Source of the DNA: Octopus vulgaris | Lineage: Eukaryota | NCBI GenBank assembly: GCA_951406725.2 | Contig: OX597821.1 | Location: 97,588,001-97,652,000, forward strand | DNA: 64,000 bases | Direction of reading: 5' to 3' | Shown: in pieces, positions 12,146 to 25,429 of the stretch | How the letters are laid out: each line of letters opens with the position of its first letter | Position numbering within the stretch: position 1 is the first letter of the stretch | Position numbers and translations under genes: made by a program | The notes under the pieces: generated by a model | Databases searched by the model: none | What the model was told of the DNA's origin: nothing | The model's input: the letters and a program-made list of their open reading frames with translations, nothing else

Positions 12146-12806
12146 TATATTCAAAATTATGTTTTTAAAAATAAAGAAAAAATGTTGAAACTATAAAAGA
12201 CCAAATTATCAAAGACAAGGGAAACAAAGACAAGGGAAAAAGGCAGGGTTAAACAGCAGAAGATGGAAGGAGGGAGCAACAGACTGTACACCCCAGAACA
12301 AATAGTGTGTTTAGCCATGCCTCATAGACATGATCGCAAAGGCATTGCCATAGAGAATATCCAGCAACACTTGTTACAGCTGCCACCTCACCTCATGGGG
12401 CTCATTCTCCAATGGGCTGAAGTTATCCCAGTTTTGTGGATGAAATCAGCAGCATGGGATTGAAGGACACCTAAGGTCGGAAAAGCAACTGACACAAACT
12501 GATAGTGGCCAGTTGAGTACTAGATTCAATGTAATCAACGTATCCCCCAAAAAACAATTGCCAGCCTTGTGCTAAAATTTGAAATCAATATTGTAAAGCA
12601 GCTGTCTTGTAATAGAATCTACAATAATTGACTTGGCACCTCTCTGAAAGTTGAGTCGCTGTTTTTATATTAGACAGCATTATTACCAAATATGGAATGT
12701 ACAGAAGGATATATTTTATTTTATTTTATCTAGTTTCAGCTCACGAGCTGTGGCCATGCTGGGGCACCGCCATTATATATATATTATATATAACATATAT
12801 ATATCA

Positions 12807-13164
12807 TCTTTATATATAAAAGTGAAGTTGTGTGTCTGTCTCCTACGATTTAGATTCCTAACTACTCCCACATTTTGCGGTGCAGTTTAACCAAAACCGG
12901 GTATCTTATAGTCGTGATTCATATCAAGCCCTTCTGGGTATTAGCGCGCGTCTATGATGAGTCTACGATTTAAAAAAAAATTTACCATAATTTTTTTTCC
13001 TATTATATAAGGGAAGTAACTTTCTAAAAATGTCTACGATGAATCAACGATTTAAAAAAAAATTTACCATAATTTTTTTTTCCATTTTTAATGCATTTTT
13101 TTGCTATAACTCTCTAGAAATACTTATATAGTTATTTCCGAGCAATGCCAGGTGATACTGCCAG
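12807..13164 (+). mobile_element. Non-autonomous Helitron
   Basis: 5' A|TCTTTATATATAAAAG, 3' GC-rich CGAGCAATGCC.GG then CTGCCAG|T (mutated CTAG). Confidence 0.75.
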
Positions 13165-13753
13165 TATATAATAAAGCAAATACATAAAAATCAATAGCAG
13201 TTATGTGTTGATTCTAAAAAGACAATCAATCGCCATCTCTGCCGATCCAGTCTTAGCTAAAAAAAACCAAAAAGGACTTATATAAACTGACATTGATACT
13301 TTATTCATTGGTAACTAGCTTTGAAAAAAATGGGACAGAGATTTTGAAAATGAGAAAGTGATCATTGTCAGAAACATCAAAATAAAAGCAAAAAAGTGAT
13401 TCAATAAAAAAACAATACTTCAATTTTAAAAAATGCATTAATTACTCCCCAATAAAATAACTGTTATTGAAAAGTAGTTGAACCTTCTTACTCAAGTGAT
13501 CAGTTTCCCTACTTACATAAGAACAGGATGGAGGTCGCTCATACTGGAGCTGCTGTTTGTTGTCTTTTTTCTCATTGTCAGTTTGGTTAGTATTCTTCTT
13601 GTTAACATCCTAAAAGCAATTTAATTAACTTTTTAAAATATTTTCTACAAAATCATTACTATAAAAATAAAAATGAATGATAAACATTTAGCTTATACTA
13701 AAATTGTTCTCTAGCACTTTGAATGGAAAAAAAAAACAAATTCTGCCTCTCTA

Positions 13754-14145
13754 GTTTTATATAAAAGTAAGGTTGTGTGCTGTCTGTCTCCTACGATTTA
13801 GATTCCTAACTACTCCCACATTTTGCGGTGCAGTTTAACCAAAACCGGGTATCTTATAGTCGTGGTTCATATCGAGCCCTTCTGGGTATTAGCGCGCGTC
13901 TACGATGAGTCTACGATTTAAAAAAAAATTTACCATCAATTTTTCCCATTTTTAATGCATTTTTGGCATATATAAGGGAAGTAACTCTCTAAAAATTTAT
14001 TATTACATCTCAGAACGTAAAAAGCTACAGTAACACCCCCCTTGTGGTTAGCCATATTGAGATGGCTATTATACTTTACATCTCTAAAAATGCTTATATA
14101 GTTATTTCCCTTACAAAACCGAGCAACGCCGGGCGATACTGCTAG
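13754..14145 (+). mobile_element. Non-autonomous Helitron
   Basis: Same family; 3' CCGAGCAACGCCGGGCGATACTGCTAG|T. Confidence 0.8.
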
Positions 14146-15214
14146 TATATATATAACATTGTCATTTATGCAAAAACATATTTATGTATAAGCATTTATA
14201 CATAAATATATGTATTGAGTCAATGAGGGAGCCTTGATATCACTAAACCAACAGCCAAATCTTCTAATCACATCCTCTTTATAAAAGAACACATTGGATA
14301 ATGTAGTGCTAGATATACTAAAAGTTTCTTTGAAGAGATCTTCTGGATCAAGGCTGACCTGGAGTTAAATAATATCTCTACTACTACCACCATGGAAGGA
14401 ACTCTTACATTGACACTTGATCTGCAAGTAATGGCAGCCAAGTCTGCATCAAATCGCATCAAATATAGGCGTAGGAATGGCTGTGTGGTAAGTAGCTTGC
14501 TTACCAACCACATGGTTCCAGGTTCAGTCCCACTGCGTGGCACCTTGGGCAAGTGTCTTCTACTATAGCCTTGGGCCGACCAAAGACTTGCGAGTGGATT
14601 TGGTAGACGGAAACTGAAACAACCCGTTGTATATATGTATATATATGTATGTGTGTAATATGTATGTGTCTAATATGTTTGTGTGTCTGTGTTTGTCCCC
14701 CCACCATCGCTTGACAACCAATGCTGGTGTGTTTACGTCCCCGTCACTTAGCGGTTCGGCAAAAAGAGACCGATAGAATAAGTACTAAGCTTATAAGGAA
14801 TAAGTCCTGGGGTTGATTTGTTCGACTAAAGGTGGTGCTCCAGCATGGCCACAGTCACATGGCCGAAACAGATGAAAGAGAGTAAAAGAGTAAGAGTAAA
14901 TCATAAAAGAAGGAAACAATACATTAGATATAAGAAGCCTGACATATCCCTAAAAAAGGGCCGGGATGGTTATGGCAGGTATGCCCTTGAGTATGAGTCT
15001 ACAGTCTCTGGGCTAAACAACAACAGGTTTAGTCTCAAGCCAATGAGAAAATGTCTATGTGGTTTTTCTCTCCACATTGAAGAATTTACAATTCATGTAC
15101 ACAATGACTGTAAACAGCTAGCGTGGGTCATGAAAGGTATATGGGGAGACATGGCTAGAATGTAACATAGGCCTATTTCATTAGAGCTGCTCTACAGGCA
15201 AACAATAATTGTTG

Positions 15215-15248
<34 letters not shown>

Positions 15249-15249
15249 A

Positions 15250-15317
<68 letters not shown>

Positions 15318-15416
15318 ACCACCACTACTACTACTATGCAGTATTTTGACTTACTGTTATTTCTTTTGTTTTATTTCATTGTTTTTGTTGTTTGCTTTTT
15401 TTTTTTGTTTTTCCAG

Positions 15417-15556
15417 ATCATCACTGCATCAGGATCAAAAATTCTCAATAAAGATAACTCAAATGGATTGTCTGTGGTTCATTTAATCGATGGTTTGATG
15501 TTTCCTCTCCCTGTGGAAAATGCTTATGATGAGATATTACGGCAACCAAAATTCAG
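15417..15556 (+). CDS. Fasciclin gene exon 3 (H2 motif of FAS1 domain 1 and linker)
   Basis: Long polypyrimidine tract TTCCAG|ATC; IITASGSKILNKDNSNGLSVVHLIDGLMFPLPVENAYDEILRQPKF; donor AG|GTATGT, phase 2. Confidence 0.9.
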
Positions 15557-15727
15557 GTATGTTACTAAATGTTTACTGTTTATGATACATGCATGATACA
15601 CACTCACATCTATATATATATACAGACATATATACACAGACAGACAACAGATAGGCACACACACTCATATCTATCTTTCTGTCTATCTGCCAATATGTAT
15701 GTACATATGTATGTATTTTATTGATTA

Positions 15728-18276
15728 AATAAAAAAAGATATTAGGGAGGATTGGCCGACCCTTAAAAAGTCAGTTTATGATATAAGCAAGAAAGTTCTG
15801 GGATTGATATGAAGAAAGCATCAAGATTGGTTTAAAGAAAATGATGAGCATATAGATGATTTATTGGCCGATAAAAGATGTACTTTGTCACGCTATTTGT
15901 CAGCAAAGCCACAGGAAAGGGAAGAGTTGCATAGGGAACTCAAGGATGTAAAATCACGTGTGAGGCAAAGGCTCTCTCAGATGAGGGATACGTGGTGGAG
16001 TAAGAAGGCTGATGAGATACAGGCGGCGGCGGATTCCAATAACACAAAGCTGTTGTATGGTCTCTTGCGAGAAGTTTATGGACCCACATCTTCCATGATG
16101 ACACCACTTCGAAGCAGGGAGGTAAAGAACTTCTTCGTGATTCACAAGGAATTCTGCGAAGGTGGCAAGAACACTTTGATGAACTTTTGAATCAGCAGTC
16201 TGTAGTTAGTGAGGATGTTCTCAATCTCATCCTTGGTTTACATGTGAAGGCAGCACTCACAGAACCACCAAAGTTGGAAGAAGTTGCAGTGGCTGTCTCA
16301 AGGATGAATGATGGGAAATCTCCAGGTATGGGTGGCATGCATGCAGAGTTGTTATAGTATGGTGGTGAGAAACTTCACTCTTTGTTTGGTAAGATATGGG
16401 CTAGTGAATTTGTACCTGAGGACTGGAGAGGTGCAGTAATGGTGGTCCTGTATAAGGGAAAGGACAACAGGAATGATTGTGGTAATTATAGGGGAGTATC
16501 ATTGCTTTCTGTCAGAGGAAAGGTTTTATGCAGGGTACTTCTGGATCGTCTGCTGAAACATGTTGCAGACTGTGTTCTTCCAGAAAGTCAATCTGGCTTT
16601 CATGTGGGACGTGGCACTGCTGATATGATCTTTTCAGCTAGACAGCTTCAGGAAAAGTGTGTGGAACAGGGTCTGGATTTGAATCAGGTTTTTGTCGATC
16701 TGACAAAAGCCTTTGATACCGTCAATAGAAAAGCATTGTGGAAAGTCCTCCAGAAACTTGGGTGTCCTGAAAAGTTCCTTGCTTTGGTTAGGTCTTTTCA
16801 TGAAGACATGAAGAGTAGGGTTAATGTTAGAGGGAAAATGTCGGAGCCCATTTCAATTCAAAATGGAGTGAAACAGGGGCATATTCTGGCACCGACCCTT
16901 TCTGTATTGCATTCCGAAACTGCAGATATGGTGTTTACATCCATTATTGAACTTCTGGCAGCATATCTAATATTTGGCGTTTTGCTGCAAAAACAAAGGC
17001 ATTTATCTCTATCATAAGAGACCTTTTGTATGCAGATGATTGTGAGCTAGTAGCACACACAGAGATTGATATGCAACACATTTTGAATGCATTCTCTAAT
17101 GCTTGCACTGCTTTAGGATTGACAGTTAATTTCAAGAAAACTGTTGTCATGTACCAACCTGCCCCTGGTGAGCATTATAATGTACCAAATATCTATGTGT
17201 ATGGTAAATGACTTGATGTAGTTGATCAGTTTGTCTACCTGGGAAGCACTGTTAATAGATATAGAAATTTGGATGATGAAATTCCATACAGAATTAGGAA
17301 AGCAAGTAATGCTTTCGGAAGGCTAGAAAGGCGCCTCTGGAGTCGGCGAGACATATGCAGAAAGACAAAGATAAAGGTGTACAAGGCATGTGTGCTCCCT
17401 TCTCTTCTCTATGCCTGCGAGACGTGGGCCACATATCGATACCACCTTAAACAACTGGAATGTTTCCATCAGATGTGTCTCAGACGGATCTATGGCATTA
17501 AGTGAGAGGACCACATCAGTGATCTTGAAATATTGGAAGGTTCTCAGAGCGAAATTATAGAAGCTCTTGTGTTAAAGCAAAGGCTCAGATGGTGTGGTCA
17601 TCTGGTCAGGATGAAGGATTCAAGGATGCCAAAACAACTCTTTTATGGAGAGTTAGCTACAGGAGAACGACCTCCACATAAACCAAAAAAGAGGTATAAG
17701 GACTTGCTGAAGGCTTCCTTAAGAAATGCTTGGATCTCTCTTGATACATAGGAGGGCATAACTATTGATCGTAGCAGGTGGAGAAGGATTGTGCACAAGG
17801 GGACAGCCACTTTTGAGAAATTTCAAGTTGTGCATGAGAAAGTAAGGAGGGATGTCAGGAAGGGCATCGCTGTTACACTTCCAGATGCGAAGGGTCTTCC
17901 TATGATGCTGACATGCAGTGTCTGTGCAAGACCCTGCCTCAGTAAAGCTGGACTCAAGAGTCATCTTCGTAGTCATAAAGCAAGACAGATGAGTGACAAC
18001 CTGGCCACTGGTGGTGGTGTAGCACACCATACTAATCATATCTGTCGGGCATGTGGAAGAGAGTGTAATTCGGCAGTAGGACTTAAATGATATGCAAAGC
18101 TACATGAAACCCAGTTACAACTACAGCCGGCTATTGCCGGTAAAGGTTTTAGCTGCCAATTCTGTACAAGACATTGTAGATCTTTAGTTGGGCTAAAAAG
18201 TCACATTTGATCACAGCACCAATAACAGTTAAGCTTCGTGGAATGGCCATACTCGATAATGAGGGGGCAACCATCA
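15728..18276 (+). mobile_element. 5'-truncated RTE-clade LINE (RT plus three C2H2-like fingers), inactivated by stops and frameshifts
   Basis: RT motifs NYRGVSLL, FVDLTKAFDTVNR, GVKQG, YADD, VYLGS, RLRWCGHLVRM; 14-bp TSD TATTTTATTGATTA at 15714-15727 and 18277-18290. Confidence 0.95.
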
Positions 18277-18469
18277 TATTTTATTGATTATTGTAGTTTG
18301 TAGGGTGTTTTTGCTTTAGACATGTATTATGCATGTAATATCATGGCTGTGTGGTAAGAAGCTTGCTTCCCAAATACATAGTCCTGGGTTCAGTCCTGCC
18401 ATTTGGCACCATGGGCAAGTGTCTTCTACTATAGCCTCAGGTCAATCAAAGCCTTCTGAGCACAATGAG

Positions 18470-19258
18470 AGCTAGCAGTGACCTTCATGAGGTAGTATGC
18501 CAGGTGACATCGTTGTGTTTACTTCACAAGTTGTGAAATTTGTGTTTTTGTGATCACATGTATGCTGTAGTTTACAATTTTTATCATGGACTGGAAGTTG
18601 GAACAAAGAGCCATTTTGCGTTAAACTTGGAAAGACTCTTACAGAGACGTTGAGCAATGAGGCAATGGATTGCACACAATGTTTTGAGTGGCACGAGTGC
18701 TTCAAAAATGGAAGACAATGAGCGATTGTCTCTGGAAGACAATAAGCAATTTGGAAGACCTACCATGAGTGTCACCCCCAGAAATGTGGAGAAAGCTCAT
18801 CAGCATGAGGATCATTGGGGGACAATCAACGTTTTGAGGCATTTGAGGGAGGACATTCAGTGAAAGCAACTGGATCTGTGAGGCATAAAGAATTATGTAC
18901 CCAGTTACCGAGCTCTCCTCACTCGTGAGTTTCTTGCCAAAAACAATGCAGTATCAGTTCTGCACTCACCCTAATTGTCAGGTTTAGTACCTGTGGACTT
19001 CCATCTCTTCCCCAAGATGAAAAGGTAGCTTAAAAGTTGCCATTTTAACATTGTTGTTGAGATCCAGAGGGAATCATAGGTTCTCAAATTGCTTACAGCA
19101 AATAACTTCCAGGCCAGATTCCAAAAGTGGCAAGAACACAGAGACCAGTGCATTGCTGCACAAGGTGACTATTTTGAAGGAGATAATATTAAAACTCAGG
19201 TAAATAAGTTATTTTTTATTAAATATAATTAGTCCACAAACTTTTTGATGCTACCTTA
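18470..19258 (+). mobile_element. Degenerate mariner element (same family as 26795-28763)
   Basis: SLEDNKQFGRPTMS, HSP*LSGLVPVDFHLFPKMK (YSPDLAPxD-like), TIR-like AACTTTTTGATGCTACC at the right end. Confidence 0.75.
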
Positions 19259-19265
19259 TATATAA

Positions 19266-19564
19266 CTAGCAGTATCGCCTGGCGTTGCTCGTGTTTGTAA
19301 GGAAAAAACTATATAAGCATTTTTAGAGAGTTACTTCCCTTATATAATAGCAAAAAAATTGCATTAAAAATGGGAAAAAATTATGGTAAATTTTTTTTTA
19401 AATCGTAGACTCTTCGTAGATGCGCACTAATACCCAGAAGGGCTCGATATGAATCATGACTATAAGATACTCGCTTTTGGTTACACTGCACCGCAAAATG
19501 TGGGAGTAGTTACGAATCTAAATCGTAGGAGACAGACACACAACTTCACTTTTATATATAAAGA
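19266..19564 (-). mobile_element. Non-autonomous Helitron (reverse orientation)
   Basis: CTAGCAGTATCGCCTGGCGTTGCTCG at left, CTTTTATATATAAAGA|T at right. Confidence 0.8.
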
Positions 19565-19953
19565 TAAGCATGTCATTCTATTGATACGTTTGTGATGAGG
19601 TGCAATGCATATGGTGCTCTGTTTCTTGGGTTTTAATGATGTATTTAACCATTCTGTGACAATTATTGCCATCATTTCATTTTCATGATGAAACTAAGAA
19701 GGTCTTGAAATGAATCATGACTATAAGGAATCACTCGCTTTTGGTTATGCAGGTGAGGAATGATGATGGTGGAATTACGAATCTAAATCGTAGGAGACAG
19801 ACACAATAGAGCAGATGAAAGTGATCATGATGATGGTGGTGGTGGTTGTGGTGGTGGTGGTGGTATTGGTGTGGTAATAGTACAGTAATAGAGTGGTGAT
19901 GGTAGTGATTATGATGATGATGATGATAATGGTGGTACTGAATTTCTTTGCAG

Positions 19954-20113
19954 CATTTTGCGGCGTCTTGTGTTGAAATCTTATCTACTTATTCGAGTTC
20001 TGTCTGAAACTAACCAAAACTTTACCATCTTTGCACCAACAAATGAAGCTTTTAACAATTTACCGGCTGGAACTTTGAAGAAGTTGGAAAACAATGTTCC
20101 TTTATTAACCCAG
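19954..20113 (+). CDS. Fasciclin gene exon 4 (H1 motif of FAS1 domain 2)
   Basis: TTTGCAG|C completes AG|C (Ser, phase 2); ILRRLVLKSYLL...NFTIFAPTNEAFNNLPAGTLKKLENNVPLLTQ; donor CAG|GTAACA, phase 0. Confidence 0.92.
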
Positions 20114-20287
20114 GTAACAATTCATAATTTTCACACACACACACACACACACAAGAAGTAAAAGCAGCTCTAATATCATTGAATATATATACTAATGTAT
20201 GTGTATATTTTCCAGTTTATATACACCGCTATGCCATTGCAGTCACTAGAAAATACACAAAGCATATACATTAGTATATCTATTTAA

Positions 20288-20489
20288 TGGTGGTGGTATT
20301 GGTGTGGTAATAGTACAGTAATAGAGTGGTGATGGTAGTGATTATGATGATGATGATGATAATGGTGGTACTGAATTTCTTTGCAGCATTTTGCGGCGTC
20401 TTGTGTTGAAATCTTATCTACTTATTCGAGTTCTGTCTGAAACTAACCAAAACTTTACCATCTTTGCACCAACAAATGAAGCTTTTAAC
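20288..20489 (+). repeat. Exact partial duplicate of the exon-4 acceptor region and 5' two-thirds of exon 4
   Basis: Identical to ~19855-20057; breaks off after TNEAFN without a donor. Confidence 0.85.
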
Positions 20490-20617
20490 TGGTTGCTTAA
20501 ATGGCAAAAGAATTTTTCTTACAAGTATACCTACAAAAAAGATATACACGAAAAAAGAGAAAAAAAAAATATATATCTGCATATATATATGTATATATAT
20601 ATATATGTATATATAAA

Positions 20618-20662
<45 letters not shown>

Positions 20663-21071
20663 CTAGTGCCGGTGCATGTCGAAACTCTGCTTGTGAAGAC
20701 CCATTGAGGCAAGTGAGGATCAGAATCGAAATCGATCAATGGAAATCGATCAATGGAAATTGCAGATGTGTTACCAGTGCCGGTGGCATGTAAGAGAACT
20801 TTCCGTTTCGCGACCGTGCCAGCACCGCCCGTTTCGTGTCCGTTGCCAGCCTCGCCTGGCCCTCGTGCCGGTGGCACATAAAAAGCACCATCCGTTCGTG
20901 GCCGTTTGCCAGCTCTGTCTGGCACCAGTGCGGGTGGCACGTAAAAAGCACCCACTACACTCACGGAGTGGTTGGCGTTAGGAAGGGCATCCAGCCGTAG
21001 AAACACTGCCAGATTTGACTGGGCCTGATGAAGTGGCTTCACAGTGTGTGCTAAATGATGATGATGATGAT

Positions 21072-21127
<56 letters not shown>

Positions 21128-21538
21128 CGCAATGGACCCGTGGTTAGGGCAGCGGACTCGTGGTCGTAAAATAATGTAATCTTCTCATCAGGAAAGAAAG
21201 AGAACTTTTCGCAACAACAAGACATTATAACAATTTTGATGACTGCATGTCATCAAAATGAAGACACATACAATAGAAATACAAAATACAAAATGGCTGA
21301 CCGTTAGTAAGGAGAGACACACAAATAAGAAAGAAGAAAGCAAAGGACCACTGATGCCGTCACAGGAGTGTGACAAAAGAACTCTGGCCGAAATAAGATT
21401 AAGATTAATGTAAAAAATAAATAACGCTGAAGCAAAGTAACACCAAATATATTGTGCGTGTGTTTTTATTGGCTAAACTGGCAAAATGACCATTCCTTAA
21501 TACAGCAATATCTGTTTCAACACACGATTTCACATCAA

Positions 21539-21580
<42 letters not shown>

Positions 21581-21739
21581 AAGCTGAAGTTGTTTGCGTA
21601 TGGCAGGTTTGGTAGCCATCAACTAATACTATCTCCTCTGAGACCCTGCAGCGCAAGTTGACCAAAATTGAGATTATGATAGAAGAAGGCTTGCTCTTCC
21701 TTCTGTAGGAGAAAAAATTCAAATCTGACCATGTTAACA

Positions 21740-21958
21740 CCAAAAATTATTTACATAAAAAATGTGCTTTTTTTCTATGAAAATCCCTATTTTTTACGAT
21801 TTTTTGACTGCTGTGTCGCCATTTTCCGGTGTATTTCAACCAGAAAAATGTTCACTTAAAGAGAATAACAAGCTACATAATGCAAAATTTTTACTTTTCA
21901 AAAATTCTAATTCTAAAGGGTTGAAACAAACCCGAGCAATGCCGGTTGATACTGCTAG
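21740..21958 (+). mobile_element. Helitron 3' fragment
   Basis: CCCGAGCAATGCCGGTTGATACTGCTAG|T terminus. Confidence 0.65.
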
Positions 21959-22139
21959 TATATATATAATTTTAAAATAGGATGTTCAGTGCTGAATTTT
22001 ATTCTGAATAAAAACATGTACCGAGATGCAATTCAGAAAGCTCGCCTTTTACATAGATATATAAGTGTGAACAATCGTATGTACTATGCTGGATACATTT
22101 GGTGTTCGTCTGGTATGTTGATTTTTTGTTGATTATGCA

Positions 22140-22197
22140 TGCACTGATGATTAAAAAGTGCATTTATTGAACTAATTATGAAATCATATGATCTGCA
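22140..22197 (+). ncRNA. Candidate type-I hammerhead ribozyme (AUC site)
   Basis: TGCA-CTGATGA-T-TAAAAAGT...ACTAATTA-T-GAAATCATATGAT-C-TGCA: stem I TGCA/TGCA, perfect palindromic stem III ATCATATGAT. Confidence 0.6.
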
Positions 22198-22566
22198 GCT
22201 GAATCTGTTTTTAAAAGGCTTGCTTTGAGAGTTGTATTCCCTTGCATTCTGTACAATGTGTTTATTATGGTAGTTTTGACTTTAAGAGTCCCTCCTAGTG
22301 TGAGGCATTTATGTATAGTAATGCCCTTAATACACACACACACATATATATCAGTAACAACATGTGCCTTTGAACTCTTTGGTTACTTTCTTTCTTCTCT
22401 TTTGTAAAAAGTAATCTTTCCTGAAATATTATAGGATCATTAAACAACCTATGAAGGTAATAGAATATCATTTCTCATTTTCATTTAGCAACATCACCTT
22501 ACATATTTCACTTAACTTTACATCTGCATTGATCACTTTAAACAAATAAGAATACTCTTGTGTGCA

Positions 22567-22599
<33 letters not shown>

Positions 22600-22697
22600 A
22601 CATACACACATCCATACGTTTAAACACACACAGATGCATACACACACCACACACACATATATATATTTTTTCAATTGTATCACAAATTCTGTTCCAG

Positions 22698-22809
22698 ACA
22701 CTTGTCAAGGCCTTTATATCTAACATATATTACAAGGCCAGCTTTATGGATGGTATGAATTTAATTGGAATAGCCCAAAATACCATACAGCTAACATTTC
22801 ATCGGCATG
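22698..22809 (+). CDS. Fasciclin gene exon 5 (middle of FAS1 domain 2)
   Basis: GTTCCAG|ACA phase 0; TLVKAFISNIYYKASFMDGMNLIGIAQNTIQLTFHRH; donor G|GTAAGC phase 1, bridging exons 4 and 6 exactly. Confidence 0.82.
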
Positions 22810-23869
22810 GTAAGCCATTTCATTTACTTATTTTTATTTTCTTGTCCTGTTTTATTTAGTTTATATTTTGCTGCTTCTGTCCTGGGTTTGACTATACGAG
22901 GGGGTGTGCAAAGAAACTGGAATTTTGCAGTATTATTTTATTCACTAAGTTTTACATGTTTATACTTTTATTACCTTCAAAGTATTCTTCTTTGTTTGAA
23001 GCAATGCATTGGACCATGGAAGCATGCTATTTCTTCATTTCAGTCATCACAAAAATTGATGAACTGGGGAGAAGCTCTGCAAAACAAAAATACATGACGT
23101 GACAGTACAACCTCAATCAATGATGCTGGTTGGCAGACTGCTGTCTGAGGTTTGCATCAAGTGGTTTCTAACAGTGGAAGCCTAAACTACAATGGGCTTG
23201 TCCAACAGAGAACGTTTCCAATTACTTTTGGGTTCCTGCTCATATCTAGTAGTGGGACCCTGATCTGGAAGTTCCATGGTTTTGAGAAGTGTGGAACTAA
23301 TCTTAGTCACTACTGTTCTCAGGTCCACTCAAACCCAGAGTTGTAGCACCTGTCAAGGTCACAGCTGTGGGTTAATTAGCAAGTCAGTTTGGCAGATGGA
23401 ACTCGTTGGCCTGGGTAGTGCAGGCAGCACCCATCTAGGGCCAGGAAAACCCTGACTCCAAATCTCTGCTACCTTGCAGCCATACCCTGTCATGGGAAAG
23501 GCTTTAAGAGTAAACTCTGAGAAAATACCATGAGTTGGAGCCTCTGGCAACTCCTACAAAGATGCTGGTACTAAATTGTAATGCTCCTTTGGATCCATTA
23601 GTAATATGGAGGGGTGGGATATATTGCATAGGTAGCAACCTGTCTTCCATATTATACTGTCCAAGCTTGGCTCTTATTGAACAATAGTGGTTTATTCTGA
23701 TCAAATCCTCAGTGTGTTAACATTGGCCTCCTAATGACAGTGTAAACTTCATTTAATCAAGATAACCTTGGCTTTGAAGAGTGGTCTGTGGTATACACCT
23801 TGCCTGGACATTTACCACTTCCATATGTAGTCTGGATTTTATGTACTCCATTCCTTAACTCTTGAATAT

Positions 23870-24530
23870 CATCATCATCATTATCATCATTTAATGACCG
23901 CTTTCCATGCTGGCATGGTTTGGACAGTTTGACTAAGGACTGGCAAGCCAGGGGCCTGCACCAGGCTCCAATCTGATTTGGCAAGGTTTCTACAGCTTCA
24001 TGCTCTTCCTAACACCAACCGCTCGGAGATGTAGTGCGAGCTTTTTACCTGTCACCAGCATGGGAACCAGTCCGGTAGCATTGGCATTGACCATGCTCAA
24101 ATGGTGCTTTTTACGTGTCACTGGCATGGGTGCAAGTCAGCTGGTACTGGTATTGACAACAATTTCACTTGACTCAACAAGTCTGCTCAAGTACAGCATA
24201 TTGCCTGATGATTGAAGGGTGCTCTTAAATGGGCTGGTTATGCAACATTGGCATAGGCCACAGCTATGATCTCACTTGGCTTGCTGGGTCTTCTCAAGCA
24301 CATCATATCCCCAAAGGTTTCAGTCGTTTGTCATTGCCTCTGAGAGGCCCAACATTTGAAGGTTGTACTTCACCACCTCATCCCAGGTCTTTTTGGGTCT
24401 ATATCTTCCACAGCTTCCCTCCACTGTTAGGGTGTGACACTTCTTCACACAGCTGTCCTCATCCATATGCAACACATGACCATACCAGCACAGTTGTCCC
24501 TCTTGCACACCACATCTGATGCTTCTTATG
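23870..24530 (-). mobile_element. RTE LINE 3' end (ORF C-terminus + 3'UTR), source of family B tail; related copies 26270-26740(-) and 61399-61937(-)
   Basis: QLCWYGHVLHMDEDSCVKKC..VEGSCGRYRPKKTWDEVV followed by family B tail and (GAT)n. Confidence 0.8.
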
Positions 24531-25159
24531 TCACCTGTGCTTGTGCCACATAAAAAGCACTAAGACCAGCCTGCTGAGTGGTTGGTGTTAGGAAGAGCAT
24601 CCAGCTGTAAAAATCCTGCCAAAACAGTCATAGAAATCTGGTGCAGGCTTCTGCTTGGCTGGCTCTTATGAAACCACCCCACCCATCACAGCATGGATGG
24701 GATGATGTTAAATGCTGATGATGATAATGATGAAATATAAAAGGACTGAGTCATAGAATGTCTTTCGGTCCTTTTATATGCAGCAACACACCAAAAAAAT
24801 TGAGTCTAGGTTAGATGGAACTTGTACCTGAATATTAGTTTCAAATTTTGGTTCAAGGCCAGCAATTCTAGGGAGGGGGTAAGTCAATTATATGGATCTT
24901 AGTGCTCAACTGGTACCAAAAGAACGAAAGGCAAAGTCAAGATTGCTGGTATTTGACTTGCACGCGAATTTTAAAAGCAGTCTTAAACATATAGGCGCAG
25001 GAGTGGCTGTGTGGTAAGTAGCTTGTTTACCAACCACATGGTTCCAGGTTCAATCCCACTGCGTGGCACCTTGGGCAAGTGTCTTCTACTATAGCCTCGG
25101 ACCGACCAAAGCCTTGTAAGTGGATTTGGTAGACAGAAACTGAAAAGAAGCCCGTCGTA

Positions 25160-25202
<43 letters not shown>

Positions 25203-25429
25203 GCATGTGTGTGTTTGTGTGTCTGTGTTTGTCCCCTTAGCATGCTTGACAACCGATGCTGGTGTGTTTATGTCCCTGTTACTTAGCGGTTCGGCAAAAG
25301 AGACTGATAGAATAAGTACTGGGCTTACAAAAGAATAAGTCCCGGGGTCGAGTTGCTCGATTAAAGGCGGTGCTCCAGCATGGCCGCAGTCAAAATGACT
25401 GAAACAAGTAAAAGAGTATATATTGGAGA

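Noticed and set aside
21121-21170. tRNA-like sequence
   Set aside because: Truncated SINE head lacking the T-arm and acceptor stem; no bona fide tRNA gene seen in the window.
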